64,000 bases of DNA from Mayamaea pseudoterrestris. Its lineage: Eukaryota. Position numbers and translations under genes: made by a program. Below are positions 33,338 through 43,290 of this stretch, piece after piece. The DNA is taken from positions 868,001-932,000 of the forward strand of contig BROI01000002.1 of assembly GCA_027923505.1 (NCBI GenBank), given 5' to 3'. The notes below the pieces were generated by a model, which did not search any database, had not been told where the DNA came from, and saw only the letters and a list, made by a program, of their open reading frames with translations. Position 1 is the stretch's first letter. Every line of letters starts with the position of its first letter.

Positions 33338-36181
33338 TTAACGAATGCAGTCAGCGACCATTCGCGAAACATCAGCATCATCGCTTCTGACAGCAATCTT
33401 TAAAACTACTCCTCCGGCCGACTGCAGGGCAATTTGTGCTCGAGAAAGAACCTGTTGTCCAGAGACAAAGACACCGCTCAAATGCAGCATGTGCGGCTTG
33501 CCTGGAGTCGCAGCCTTGACAGTCGCCGTCCCATCGCATGGCTGCATGCCAAGAAAGTCGACAACGGCAGTGACTGCATCTTCCAATGACTTGAACTGCA
33601 GCGCGAACTTTTCCAATACTTCATTTTCATTTCCAATCGCTTCCCATGCTTTTCTAAAGTCTGGCGAGGCAATCTTGGCCATGAAGTCAGATGTTGAAAT
33701 CTCCAAATCTTCAAGCGGATACTCTTCCTCGAATGTGTTGCCTTCCTCCTCGCCAGTGGCCGGGTCAACTTGAGTCACAGTGAACCTCAACTCGCAAGTA
33801 AAGTGGCTAGGCCCAAGCTGCGCATTTTCATTGTGCTCCAGAATGGTAAAGCAATTCTTAGTCTCGCCATATTTGATAGATGGACAAGCTATCTCACCAG
33901 AGGCGCTAAACACCTCCGAATCGCTATCATCAACAAGAACAGAAACATTGTCGAGACGCTGGTTGTCAATCGTATTCTGTACCGAAAATTGGAGGACAAC
34001 ATGACTCTGGAAAATATGCTTAGTGCACGTCACCACATATTCCGTTTCCGTCTCGGTGAGATAGACAGGCAAAGACGACCGAAAGGCGCGGCCAAGCGAA
34101 GCAAGCTCCGGAATCGCGTATATGACGGAAGCCGGATCAACAGCTTCGGCTGCCTTGTCGTCAGCAGCACCATTCGCCATTTCCGCCTCCATGTCGTCAT
34201 CTCCTGATGTCTCCCGTACCAATTCCTGCACCGTATCCTCGACGATCGGCAAGGCATCAAACGTAATTGGGTCTGCATTCTGCATGGCGTCGGCAGTCGA
34301 CATGTATGCCTTCATACTGCGCTCCAACTTGTCAATCGACATAGGAAGTGACTCGAGAAAAACATAGGCAGCCGGGTCATTCTCATGCGGCTTGTCGGCC
34401 GGGATATCCTCCGCTTCCGCGTCCTCGGGCGGCGCCACGTATGGAAACTCCTCCAACGCCGCCTCCAACGTCGCAACAGCAATGGCCGCTCGATCACGCG
34501 TCTCGTCGTCCTCGTCCATCAAGCTGCGCTTCAACAGGGCCAAGATGGATTGACGCAAGCTTGGGCAGCTCGCGGCAAACTTGGTCAAGGCTGAAACGGC
34601 AGCGGCGCGAACGGCCGAGCTTTCCAAAATGACGCGATTGTAAATGAAGCGAATGTAGCGGGCCGGCGCCGTCGTGGTCGGTCCCAACTCGCCCAAGAGA
34701 TGCAAGATTTGCGTCGACAAGCTGGTAAACTCGCAGTCCTCGATGAACTCGCACAAATGCATGAGCGAGCTTTCCGTCGATTCCGGAACGGAGCGAATCA
34801 GGGAGATAATGCTGTTAACAATCGATCGCTTGAAATCAAACCCGCCTTCCTCACGCAAAAAGTTGCTGAGGAATCCTACCAAAACGCGATGTTTGGCCGG
34901 GTACGTCAAACAAAGCTTCTGCAAGCTGCGCACAACCGTAATCTTGTACTCGTCAGCAATCTCCGTCAAGAATGCCGAGATCTGCTTCAGCAAACGGTCA
35001 ATCGAGTTTTCGCTTCCCGTCTTTAAGAGAGTGGTAATGGCCAAGGTTGCAATGGAACGATTCGAGTCAGCAATCAACGCCTCCAAGTCTTCATTGCACT
35101 TGCTGACAACCCGAGGATGCGCGTTCGCAATGGCCGCCAATGTGCGAATGGCTGCGAAGCGGACCGTTGGCTTGGGCGAGCTCAAAAAGAGCTGCAAGAC
35201 GGAAATGGCCGCACCAAGATCCTGAGGTTCCGGTCGCGACAAGTTGCAAATGGCACGAGCCGCTTCGTAAACGACAAGCTCCGACTTGTGCTTCAAGGAA
35301 GCATCCAAAAAGGCATATCCAGCCACGACAACCGTGCTTGTCGCGCTCTGATAAGACCCAGAGTGACGTCCTTCCGAAGCTTCATCGTGCAAAAGCTTGG
35401 CCGCGTAACGAACCAAAAGCACCAGCGCCAACGGCGATCGCAAGCTATTATTCTGCGAAAACTGCGTCACAAGCTTGGAAACTCCAAGACGATCATGACT
35501 CTTGATCTGGTACAGGAGCTGCATGGCATGAAACTGCACCATTTCATGATGACTCCGCGTTGCCTCCTGCGTCTCGGGAATCCAGCGACGAACTACCGCC
35601 GCGCACTCTGGACTCGAAACAAACAAATGCGAGGCGGAAACAAGAGCCGACGACGAAACTTGCCCCGACGAGTCGACAATGGCTTGCTTGACGTAGCGCT
35701 CAATTGCTCCCAGCATGGCGGCATCCACAATGCGCACCAATACGCGCAGCGCGTTACCCCGATACAAGTCAACGTCGCAAGTCATATCCTTGGTCAAGCA
35801 TGATGTCACAATAATCACATCATCTGGATTACACGTTTCCGCAACATCCTTGATGAATAGATACACCATGCGGCGGAGCGACGCATCGTCACTCATGAAC
35901 AGCTTGGTGACTCCGAAAAACACTTCCGTCGCTTCATTGGAACTCAAGTACTGACCCGTATTCTGCAAGTGCAGCAGCTGCGCAATGACGGTGCAGCACT
36001 TGCGGGGGTTCTCGCGGACGGCCGTGGGGTCGTGAAAGATGCGCGCCTCCTGCAGGACCGTGGCCTTTTCCAACTGGGCGTAGGGCGACACGTAGTCAAT
36101 GTCTTCCTCCACCTTGAACTTTTCGGCTAGCTCCTGGACTTCCTTGAGCATGGAAGACATGCCGCCGTTGTCGTCAGCCAT
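33338..36181 (-). CDS. COPG: Coatomer subunit gamma
   Basis: EKATVLQEARIF, LRRMVYLFIK, FLREEGGFDFK, HLCEFIEDCEF, ETETEYVV, YPLEDLEI. Confidence 0.97.
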   Translation of the reverse strand: MADDNGGMSSMLKEVQELAEKFKVEEDIDYVSPYAQLEKATVLQEARIFHDPTAVRENPRKCCTVIAQLLHLQNTGQYLSSNEATEVFFGVTKLFMSDDASLRRMVYLFIKDVAETCNPDDVIIVTSCLTKDMTCDVDLYRGNALRVLVRIVDAAMLGAIERYVKQAIVDSSGQVSSSALVSASHLFVSSPECAAVVRRWIPETQEATRSHHEMVQFHAMQLLYQIKSHDRLGVSKLVTQFSQNNSLRSPLALVLLVRYAAKLLHDEASEGRHSGSYQSATSTVVVAGYAFLDASLKHKSELVVYEAARAICNLSRPEPQDLGAAISVLQLFLSSPKPTVRFAAIRTLAAIANAHPRVVSKCNEDLEALIADSNRSIATLAITTLLKTGSENSIDRLLKQISAFLTEIADEYKITVVRSLQKLCLTYPAKHRVLVGFLSNFLREEGGFDFKRSIVNSIISLIRSVPESTESSLMHLCEFIEDCEFTSLSTQILHLLGELGPTTTAPARYIRFIYNRVILESSAVRAAAVSALTKFAASCPSLRQSILALLKRSLMDEDDETRDRAAIAVATLEAALEEFPYVAPPEDAEAEDIPADKPHENDPAAYVFLESLPMSIDKLERSMKAYMSTADAMQNADPITFDALPIVEDTVQELVRETSGDDDMEAEMANGAADDKAAEAVDPASVIYAIPELASLGRAFRSSLPVYLTETETEYVVTCTKHIFQSHVVLQFSVQNTIDNQRLDNVSVLVDDSDSEVFSASGEIACPSIKYGETKNCFTILEHNENAQLGPSHFTCELRFTVTQVDPATGEEEGNTFEEEYPLEDLEISTSDFMAKIASPDFRKAWEAIGNENEVLEKFALQFKSLEDAVTAVVDFLGMQPCDGTATVKAATPGKPHMLHLSGVFVSGQQVLSRAQIALQSAGGVVLKIAVRSDDADVSRMVADCIR

Positions 36182-36374
36182 AACGTAGGTAAGTAAATGA
36201 TTGAGTAAAGGCGTTCGCTTTTACTATCTATTGTAATTAGGATGAGCTACCGAGCGGCGCAAGTTGGTGCTGCATCGGCTGCAAATGACCTTGCTCCCAT
36301 TGATGCGGAGCCACACAAAACACACGTAGAGTTCCTACCAGCCTTCTACATACGGTGCGAGAGCTCATTGCAAG

Positions 36375-36401
36375 ATCTGGTAACGGTACGACAGTCGTAG
36401 C
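36375..36401 (+). repeat. 27-bp direct repeat, copy 1 (ATCTGGTAACGGTACGACAGTCGTAGC)
   Basis: Exact match to 37484-37510. Confidence 0.95.
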
Positions 36402-36521
36402 CGAAGCGCTGTTAACGACGCTACGCTTATTTAGCAATAACGCATTGAAAAACCATTTTGACAAGGCTCTGTTGCAGTGTGCTCGCATAAATTACTATGA
36501 AACGCTATTCTCATCTTCTTA

Positions 36522-37376
36522 CTAAAGCAAACCTTCCATATCGGCTTTTTGCAAAACTTCGATCTGTACTCGCGTCCTGCCCAGGCATTCGTCCGAGTCA
36601 TCCAGTAGTTTGGTGACGTGCAGGCTCCCAATTTGGTGGTCGTCCGCGTACGCCATTCCATTCAAACTATCCATGACAAACTTGGCAAGGTTATCCACAT
36701 CCTTTTTGGTCAACGATAGGAGTGCGTGTGGAGCGTTTTCCTTCAGTCGACCATACCCCGGCCGATTGGCAGTAAAGTGATGCTTGGGTCGTTTCAAGTA
36801 AAAAATCATGGTCATGCGAAGCATATGGTGCGCCGCAAAGAGTGGATACGACGAGTCATTGACGTATTGGGCTGGATCGTTCGTTGCGGCACTGACAACA
36901 TGTTGTACCGTCGTTCGAAAGGACTCTTGCGCCGCTGCGGATGGATTGTACATGAAACCGCGCGAGGAGCGGTGTCGCCGGAGAGGCAAGGGGTTGCCTC
37001 GGATATCAAAGCGAATCTTGGACAGGAAGCGTGAGTTGTCTGTTGCGTTGTGCGTATAGGCAAGCAGAAATTCGTCCGTGTCGACGTTCCAGTGTAGTGG
37101 CTGCGATGGATCAACCTTGGTTCGTTTCTTTTTCGGTAAAATTGGCTCATCTACCGAGTTTAAACATTCCGTCATTGTAGCTTGTAGAGAAGTTTTACAT
37201 TTACGTTGATGTTGCTGGATTCGTTCTCGTTGCCAAGCGAATGGATGAATGTCATCGGCGCTGAATGCTTTCTTCAAATCATGATGCAGGTCGCAGCTTG
37301 AAACCCCACAGCCAAGCGAATACACTTGTGTAACGGCTACAACAAAAACAGCTGCAGAACAACATAATAGATTCAT
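36522..37376 (-). CDS. rusA: RusA-family Holliday junction resolvase with an N-terminal signal/targeting extension
   Basis: IRGNPLPLRRHR, FYLKRPK, KKDVDNLAKFVMDSLNG..YADDHQI..L...K; N-terminal MNLLCCSAAVFVVAVTQVYS. Confidence 0.85.
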   Translation of the reverse strand: MNLLCCSAAVFVVAVTQVYSLGCGVSSCDLHHDLKKAFSADDIHPFAWQRERIQQHQRKCKTSLQATMTECLNSVDEPILPKKKRTKVDPSQPLHWNVDTDEFLLAYTHNATDNSRFLSKIRFDIRGNPLPLRRHRSSRGFMYNPSAAAQESFRTTVQHVVSAATNDPAQYVNDSSYPLFAAHHMLRMTMIFYLKRPKHHFTANRPGYGRLKENAPHALLSLTKKDVDNLAKFVMDSLNGMAYADDHQIGSLHVTKLLDDSDECLGRTRVQIEVLQKADMEGLL

Positions 37377-37483
37377 GAAGGTCTCTTTTCTTGCTAGTTT
37401 TCTATTTCTACAATCCCATGGATCAAAAGGGAGGTGTTCATGCAAATTGCAAATCTCGCCTTCGACGGCCATTTTTGTCACAC

Positions 37484-37510
37484 ATCTGGTAACGGTACGA
37501 CAGTCGTAGC
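37484..37510 (+). repeat. 27-bp direct repeat, copy 2
   Basis: Exact match to 36375-36401. Confidence 0.95.
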
Positions 37511-37622
37511 GGTACCCAACTCGACGCTCGTTTCTTCCACTCGCGCACTGTACCGAAGGGAAGAAATGCGAGACGGTCACTCTACAAGCGAGAAACGCAA
37601 CAGTTCATGTCGCAATCGTTCC

Positions 37623-39109
37623 ATGATGCGTCGATTATGTAGTCTGTTTCGAATACTGTTGCTTGTCGTCTACATTCTGTCGCTATGGGAAAGTTTCCAA
37701 ATGGCAGACGCCAAACGCACCAAAGTCGACGACGAGCAACTCTTGACGGACGAACATTGGGAACACTTAAACTACTACCAGCTACTTGGACTTGACTCGA
37801 ATGACCAAAACATCATTGACGAAATGAGAATCAAAAAGGCCTATCGAACGCAAGCGAAACTATATCATCCGGACAAGATTGCCCAAACAAACAACGCCAC
37901 CAGCCAAAACGTTAATTCACGCTTCGCCAAGATTGCCGAAGCCTACCAGGTACTCATGGATCCGACCAAGAGACGCAACTATGATCAACATTTACGGCAG
38001 GAGGAGTGGAGAAGGCAATTCAAATCGCATGGAGCGACTGCTGCAAGTGACACCGAGTCCAAGTCTTGGTTTAATTCATTCGATGACTCGTTGGATCCCT
38101 TTGCCATCTTTGACATGGTCTTTGGAACAAACACTGCATCATCGAGCTTTGCGTCAAGCGTGGCATCTGCCTTTGAGTCCTTTCGTACCGATGCGGCACA
38201 TGATCAAAAAGCCAGCATTCCGGTTCGCACCACGCAGGAGCAACATGAATTCGTGGACGCGCTGGGACGAGTGTTGACGCGCATGCGACGCGTCGAAGAG
38301 TATTCAGACTCGAGTCGACGCGTGCTGGAGCAAGACTTTGTCCAAGAGTGGGATTCCTACGCGAGGCAGTGGGTGTTAGTGCCGCTGCAGCCTCACCCAG
38401 TCATTGTGGAGGAGAGAAAACATGCGGGGCGAGCGGCGAAAGAAGCAAACGAACAAAGCAGGAGTCGCAAGTCGCATCAGTCATCGTCGCAGGCACAATC
38501 CGAGTGGCTATGGCCTGGGACGATATTGAGACCTGGCATGTACTTGACGAATGGACACTATCAAGCTGGACTGACGCCGACTTGTGAGCTGGTCGTGACG
38601 CGAACATTGCCAGAGCAAAATGACGAGGACGAGATTGTTTGGTCGTCGGGAGCGTCAATGACTGGCAACGGAAGGAGGCACGACTGCGGATGGTGGTTGG
38701 AGGGACGTCGCATTTTGGTTGCCGCAAAAATAAACTCGTCTCCGCAAGTCGTTTGGCACAGCAATCCGGCGAATGATGATGATGACGATGATTCTGTGTT
38801 TATGTACAATTCATGGGCGCGGCGAGTCATGCTGCGCGTCTCGATGATGATGGAAGCTTGTCTGTTTATAAACTGGAGGACCCTGACGACTTTTGGACTG
38901 ATGTCTTCCGCTTAGCAGAGTTCAATCTGCCGGCGCAAAAGGCGATTGCTAAGATTGCTGGCGTTTCGATGTCTTCTCAACGAGGATTGGTTCGAACTGT
39001 ATGTGTCTCGTCAACAAGTCCTTTGGCATGCTCTAGAATTGGGCGCTTATTGCTTTGTATAGTGCGACGCTTAATGAGGCTGGGAGATCGATTGCTAAGA
39101 TCCGCTTGA
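37623..39109 (+). CDS. Secretory-pathway DnaJ (J-domain) protein with a C-terminal bulb-type-lectin-like region; apparent frame change near 38800-38825
   Basis: Signal/TM LLLVVYILSLW; NYYQLLG, LYHPDK, EAYQVL.DP.KRR.YD; B-lectin-like IVWSS, VVWHS and, in a second frame, ARLDDDGSLSVY. Confidence 0.7.
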
Positions 39110-39773
39110 TACTGGGGGAACGCACATCATGCGAGAATCAGGACTACATGAATTCTTACGTTCGTAACGAAGTAATTCATCGTCGCACATAAATGGACGT
39201 ATGACTATTGCGATATTAACATGCGGCCGAGCATTGTGCATCACTGGTTGCGGTTGATTGCAGCAAGCAGGCAGACACCGCCGACCGTATTCGAATCGCC
39301 GACAGGTATGAAAGCAAAATGATAAGCTATGCAACCACTTGCTCACCGTTCAACAGCAAGTCATCGATGGAATGATGCGGGGGAGGGGGAGGCACCGACG
39401 AAAGCAGGGTGTTAAAAGTGTACAGAGTACAGAGTCCATCGGTGCGTAACAGAACCGCCCCATACAGATTGCTTAATTTTAGCAAAACACTTTGATTGTG
39501 GGAAAGTGCTTTGCCTTTTAGATAGATGTTGTAACCTTGGCCTTTCAGTTAAAACTATTTGCAACGCTTTGAGCTTGTTAAGTAACTTTCCCAGAAACGT
39601 ATCTTTCACTAAGTAATCTTAAAAATTGCCAGGCTTGCGCGATTGTATTATCGCCAATCATGAACCGAACGCCACATTTTCCGGTGTCGGCATTGAAAGA
39701 TTGATAGCAGCAAGTATAGTCGAACCTATCTTCCCAACCTTGCAAACCTGTGAGATACCAATAATAATAAGCA

Positions 39774-41363
39774 ATGTCATCAAGAAGCGTCTCGGTGTCA
39801 ATGAGACACATTACTTGGCTTTCAACAACCAACGCGGATGATGCATCAGTCGAAACGAAAAGCGAGAAGAAACTGCGAAGATGGGCTGCGTCGGGGCAAC
39901 GGCCGAGGCTCGGTAGATCACTCAGCCTTTCTCTAGCACGATCATCGACGGTAGCCTTAGAGGCGCCGATAAATATTCAGCGCCAAGACAGCATGTCTTC
40001 GTTAAAGTCGGATCGACTCGCTTCCGACAGATTCACGCGATCGCGTGGTATTTTCAATCGAGCGCCAACATCAAAAGCAATTCCGACTCTCCAGCGACAA
40101 GATAGTTTGCATAGCGTGGCTTCTGAAAAACCATTTAGGTTAGGACGAACTCTTAGTGTCGCACGGCAAAGGCTGATGAACGTCAAAGCTCCAAATGACA
40201 TTCGACGACAGGGTAGCGCAACAACTGCAGCGTCGGAGAAATCAACTAAATCCAGATCAAAAGAGTTCTCCAGGAGAGGTCAACGACGCGGTACAGCTAG
40301 CTACCCGGTGCTCGATCAAGCATTAAGTTTTGCAAGCCGCATGATCAATGGCGACGATGGATCTACGAGTCAAGGCTCAACGGAGAGCGAAAGTTGCGAA
40401 AAGAAAACGAGAAATATTCCCAAGTACAAGCTGGCGATAGAAAGGACTCCTTCTTTCAGTACACGTCGACTGAAAAACATGAAAATGACGAGCGCGTACT
40501 TAGGCAAGGAAGGCACTTTGCTGTCGCGTAGTCGCAGCAGCACGCCCGCCTGCAGACCAAGCTACTCACAATCAATTGCTCCCAAGCGAAGTACCTCGTT
40601 CGATTCGGTCAGAAAGTACTCATCAAATGTTCAAGAAACACGTAAAGGAACCCCACGCAGTAGTACGCCATCTCCCAGGCAAGGGCAGACGCGGGTAGAG
40701 ACTTCAGAGACGGCCGAGTTAGAAATAACGCACCGTACAATGGAGAGTCCACGGTCAACGCGCCCACAAACAACTAGCAAGGTTAAACAGGGCATTTGGC
40801 TAAAGGCAGCACTCCAAGCCATTCGCGCGCATCAAATCAATGGAAGCAAGCAAGCCAGGAAGGAAACATTAACGACAGTCCTCTCTAGCCCACCTGAAGA
40901 GTGCGAGGTCAACGGGCGTGCAACAACGACTTTGAACTCACTAATCATGACAGCTGACCATTATGTTGCTGAAATTTTACCAACAAATATCGGCAAAGTT
41001 AGTAGAGAAAGCAGGTCCGATTTCTTTGGGGGTCAGGTATCTAAAGCACCCAATACTAGTACCACCGTTTCTGACGTTAAAAGCGAAGGGGAGGAACATC
41101 TTACATATATCGACGATGACGACTCGGTGGCGTCCATGGATCTTCTCTGCAAGTGGTTGGCGTGCGAGAATGTGGAGTTAACTGAAGCTGAAGTATACGC
41201 AAAGAAACAACGGGCAATTCAGAATGGAAAGTTGCTGCCAGACACTGTCATTACGAGTTTAAGCGGCAACGAGTATGTCATGCATCCATTGACCCTGCCG
41301 CAAGCACCAGCGCCTCCAGAGCCAACACGAGGACGTCAGCGCAGAAGAACTTCACGACTTTAA
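39774..41363 (+). CDS. Hypothetical basic Ser/Arg-rich disordered protein (529 aa)
   Basis: 1.6-kb ORF with internal repeats of RQDS..S..S; no known domain recognised. Confidence 0.6.
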   Translation: MSSRSVSVSMRHITWLSTTNADDASVETKSEKKLRRWAASGQRPRLGRSLSLSLARSSTVALEAPINIQRQDSMSSLKSDRLASDRFTRSRGIFNRAPTSKAIPTLQRQDSLHSVASEKPFRLGRTLSVARQRLMNVKAPNDIRRQGSATTAASEKSTKSRSKEFSRRGQRRGTASYPVLDQALSFASRMINGDDGSTSQGSTESESCEKKTRNIPKYKLAIERTPSFSTRRLKNMKMTSAYLGKEGTLLSRSRSSTPACRPSYSQSIAPKRSTSFDSVRKYSSNVQETRKGTPRSSTPSPRQGQTRVETSETAELEITHRTMESPRSTRPQTTSKVKQGIWLKAALQAIRAHQINGSKQARKETLTTVLSSPPEECEVNGRATTTLNSLIMTADHYVAEILPTNIGKVSRESRSDFFGGQVSKAPNTSTTVSDVKSEGEEHLTYIDDDDSVASMDLLCKWLACENVELTEAEVYAKKQRAIQNGKLLPDTVITSLSGNEYVMHPLTLPQAPAPPEPTRGRQRRRTSRL

Positions 41364-41558
41364 TTGTACTATAGATTGTGCCACACATTGCAGGAAAATA
41401 TGGCCTTGTCATCAACCAAGGTATAATAACTAGCCGCCGCACCGTTCCAGCCCATAAACAGCACTTCTATATCAGCAGCGTGATTGTACGGTGCAGCGTT
41501 TTAGCAGTTCGTAAACAGATAAAGTTTGCTGTATATTCCCCTCAGATACTCCTAATTT

Positions 41559-42892
41559 TTACACTGGCGGAAAGGCAGCGTCTATTTCTTCCTGAGGGGT
41601 TCCCATCCTTCTCAATTCCTGGCGTTTCTTCAAATGCTCAAAGAGCTGATTGTCCCTGACAATTTTAGCTTCAGCTTCTACTTTGGCAGTTTCAGCTTGT
41701 AACTTTGCAATTTCGGCTTTTGACTTTTCAGCTTCGGCGTCTAGCTTGGCCGCCAGTGCCTTCGATTCTCGGTCTCGGGCTAGTGATCTCCGGTACTTGG
41801 CAGCCGCCTCCATGAGCACGGCTCTCTCAGCAGGAGCAAAGGAAGCCATTACAGGGTCAGGAGGAGGGCCAACGTCGAGCGTAGTGGACTGCGTTTGGTC
41901 AGCAACAACATTGTCGCCAGCGCCCATTTCATTTCGATTATCCGTGGTAATAGAGCTTGCTCGAATGTCATGAGATGCGGCTGGAGATGCAGCAGCAGCA
42001 GCAGGAGGAGGAGGAGGAGGAGGAGCAACAGCGCTACCTTCACCAGCCGGACCATCGGTAGTAGACATGCGTGCACGCACAGCTCTCGAACTTGGGTTGG
42101 CAGTATTGTCCTGGTTGTCACGGCGCTTTTGTCCTTGGGCTCCGGCGGTCGATGGCATGGCCTGTGGAGGTATTGATGTCGAGGCCGACAATGGGGAAGC
42201 CACCAGAGGTTGAGGCTCAGACAACTTCAAAAGTGTACCGTTTCGCCAATGAGAATTCAGTTTCTTCCCATTCTTGAAGGTGACAACACCATGTGCATCA
42301 TGTTTCGAGTCGTTCTTGTAGCCCCCTACGTAGTTGTACGGGCGCCTGGCACCATCGAGGTGAATGATTGGAGTGCGTCTGTGTTTCGTCTTGTTCTTTT
42401 CCCAAGCGTCTGCACATTCCAACCAAGTAGCAGACCCGTTTCCGTGGCAAAGGCCATCTTTCCAATCTCCAACGTAAATCAAGCCCTATAAATACGAATT
42501 AGAATACATAAACGGCTTGTGAGACATCGCTGGCAAAAAATAAAATCCTTGCGAAAGCTTGCAGCTTGTACGCAACGGCTCACCTCGTATCCAACGGAGC
42601 GATTGAACAAGACTCCAAATCCATGCGGCATGCCATTCTTCATTTCTCCATAGTACATGTCTTTGCTGCCACCAAACAGTCGAATGGGTCGATCAGCGGG
42701 CCCACTGAATCGTTCCACGGAGCGGTCACCTAGGTTCATTTCGTACCACTTTTGCTGCCCATCATACAAATCATCGTCTTCGCAGCGGCGCAAAGATTCT
42801 TCCTTTGTGACCCAGCAGTCGTTTGGCGGACTTGCGCTGGACTTTTTCGTTTTTTGATTCTGCTTCATTGAATCGTTTTGCTGCAAAGGCAT
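41559..42892 (-). CDS. MORN-repeat protein with a Pro/Ala linker and C-terminal coiled coil; intron 42486-42583
   Basis: YYGEMKNGMPHGFG, YVGDWKDGLCHGNG, YVGGYKNDSKH; GT-AG intron joins the two ORFs; start uncertain (42892 or 42868). Confidence 0.75.
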
Positions 42893-43290
42893 GACGATTG
42901 ACAATGTCGCGACAACAAGCAAAAGCGTGGTCGGTGACTACCGTATTCAAGCTTCTATGGTACTTCAAGACCGCTGCACCCTCAAATGCTTTAATTAGTA
43001 TCAGCGAGCGACGCAGAGTGTACGGTATACTGTTATGACGCAGCCGAATGTGAGCGCACAGCGCATGTGCTTGTGATATCTTTTGGTGCCAAGGCCGCGA
43101 CGTCACCAACAAGCTAAGAACCGGTACGACATAAAACAAATTTTAAGTTTCGGTACGACATACACGACATCGATGACTCTTTTGGGATGCTGCCACAACA
43201 TGAACCCATGGAACGAAGCATGATTACGGTCTTTGATCATGCAGTAGTCGCCATCTAGTCCTAGGAGTCTCTTTATAAGGCAAAAACAGC

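Noticed and set aside
33345..35954. Many long antisense ORFs over COPG (also over EDC4, SulP and SEC24)
   Set aside because: Expected shadow ORFs from codon bias in GC-rich coding sequence
39110..39773. Intergenic region with a G-run (about 39379-39392) and short ORFs
   Set aside because: Too few G-tracts for a confident G-quadruplex and no coding or RNA signature
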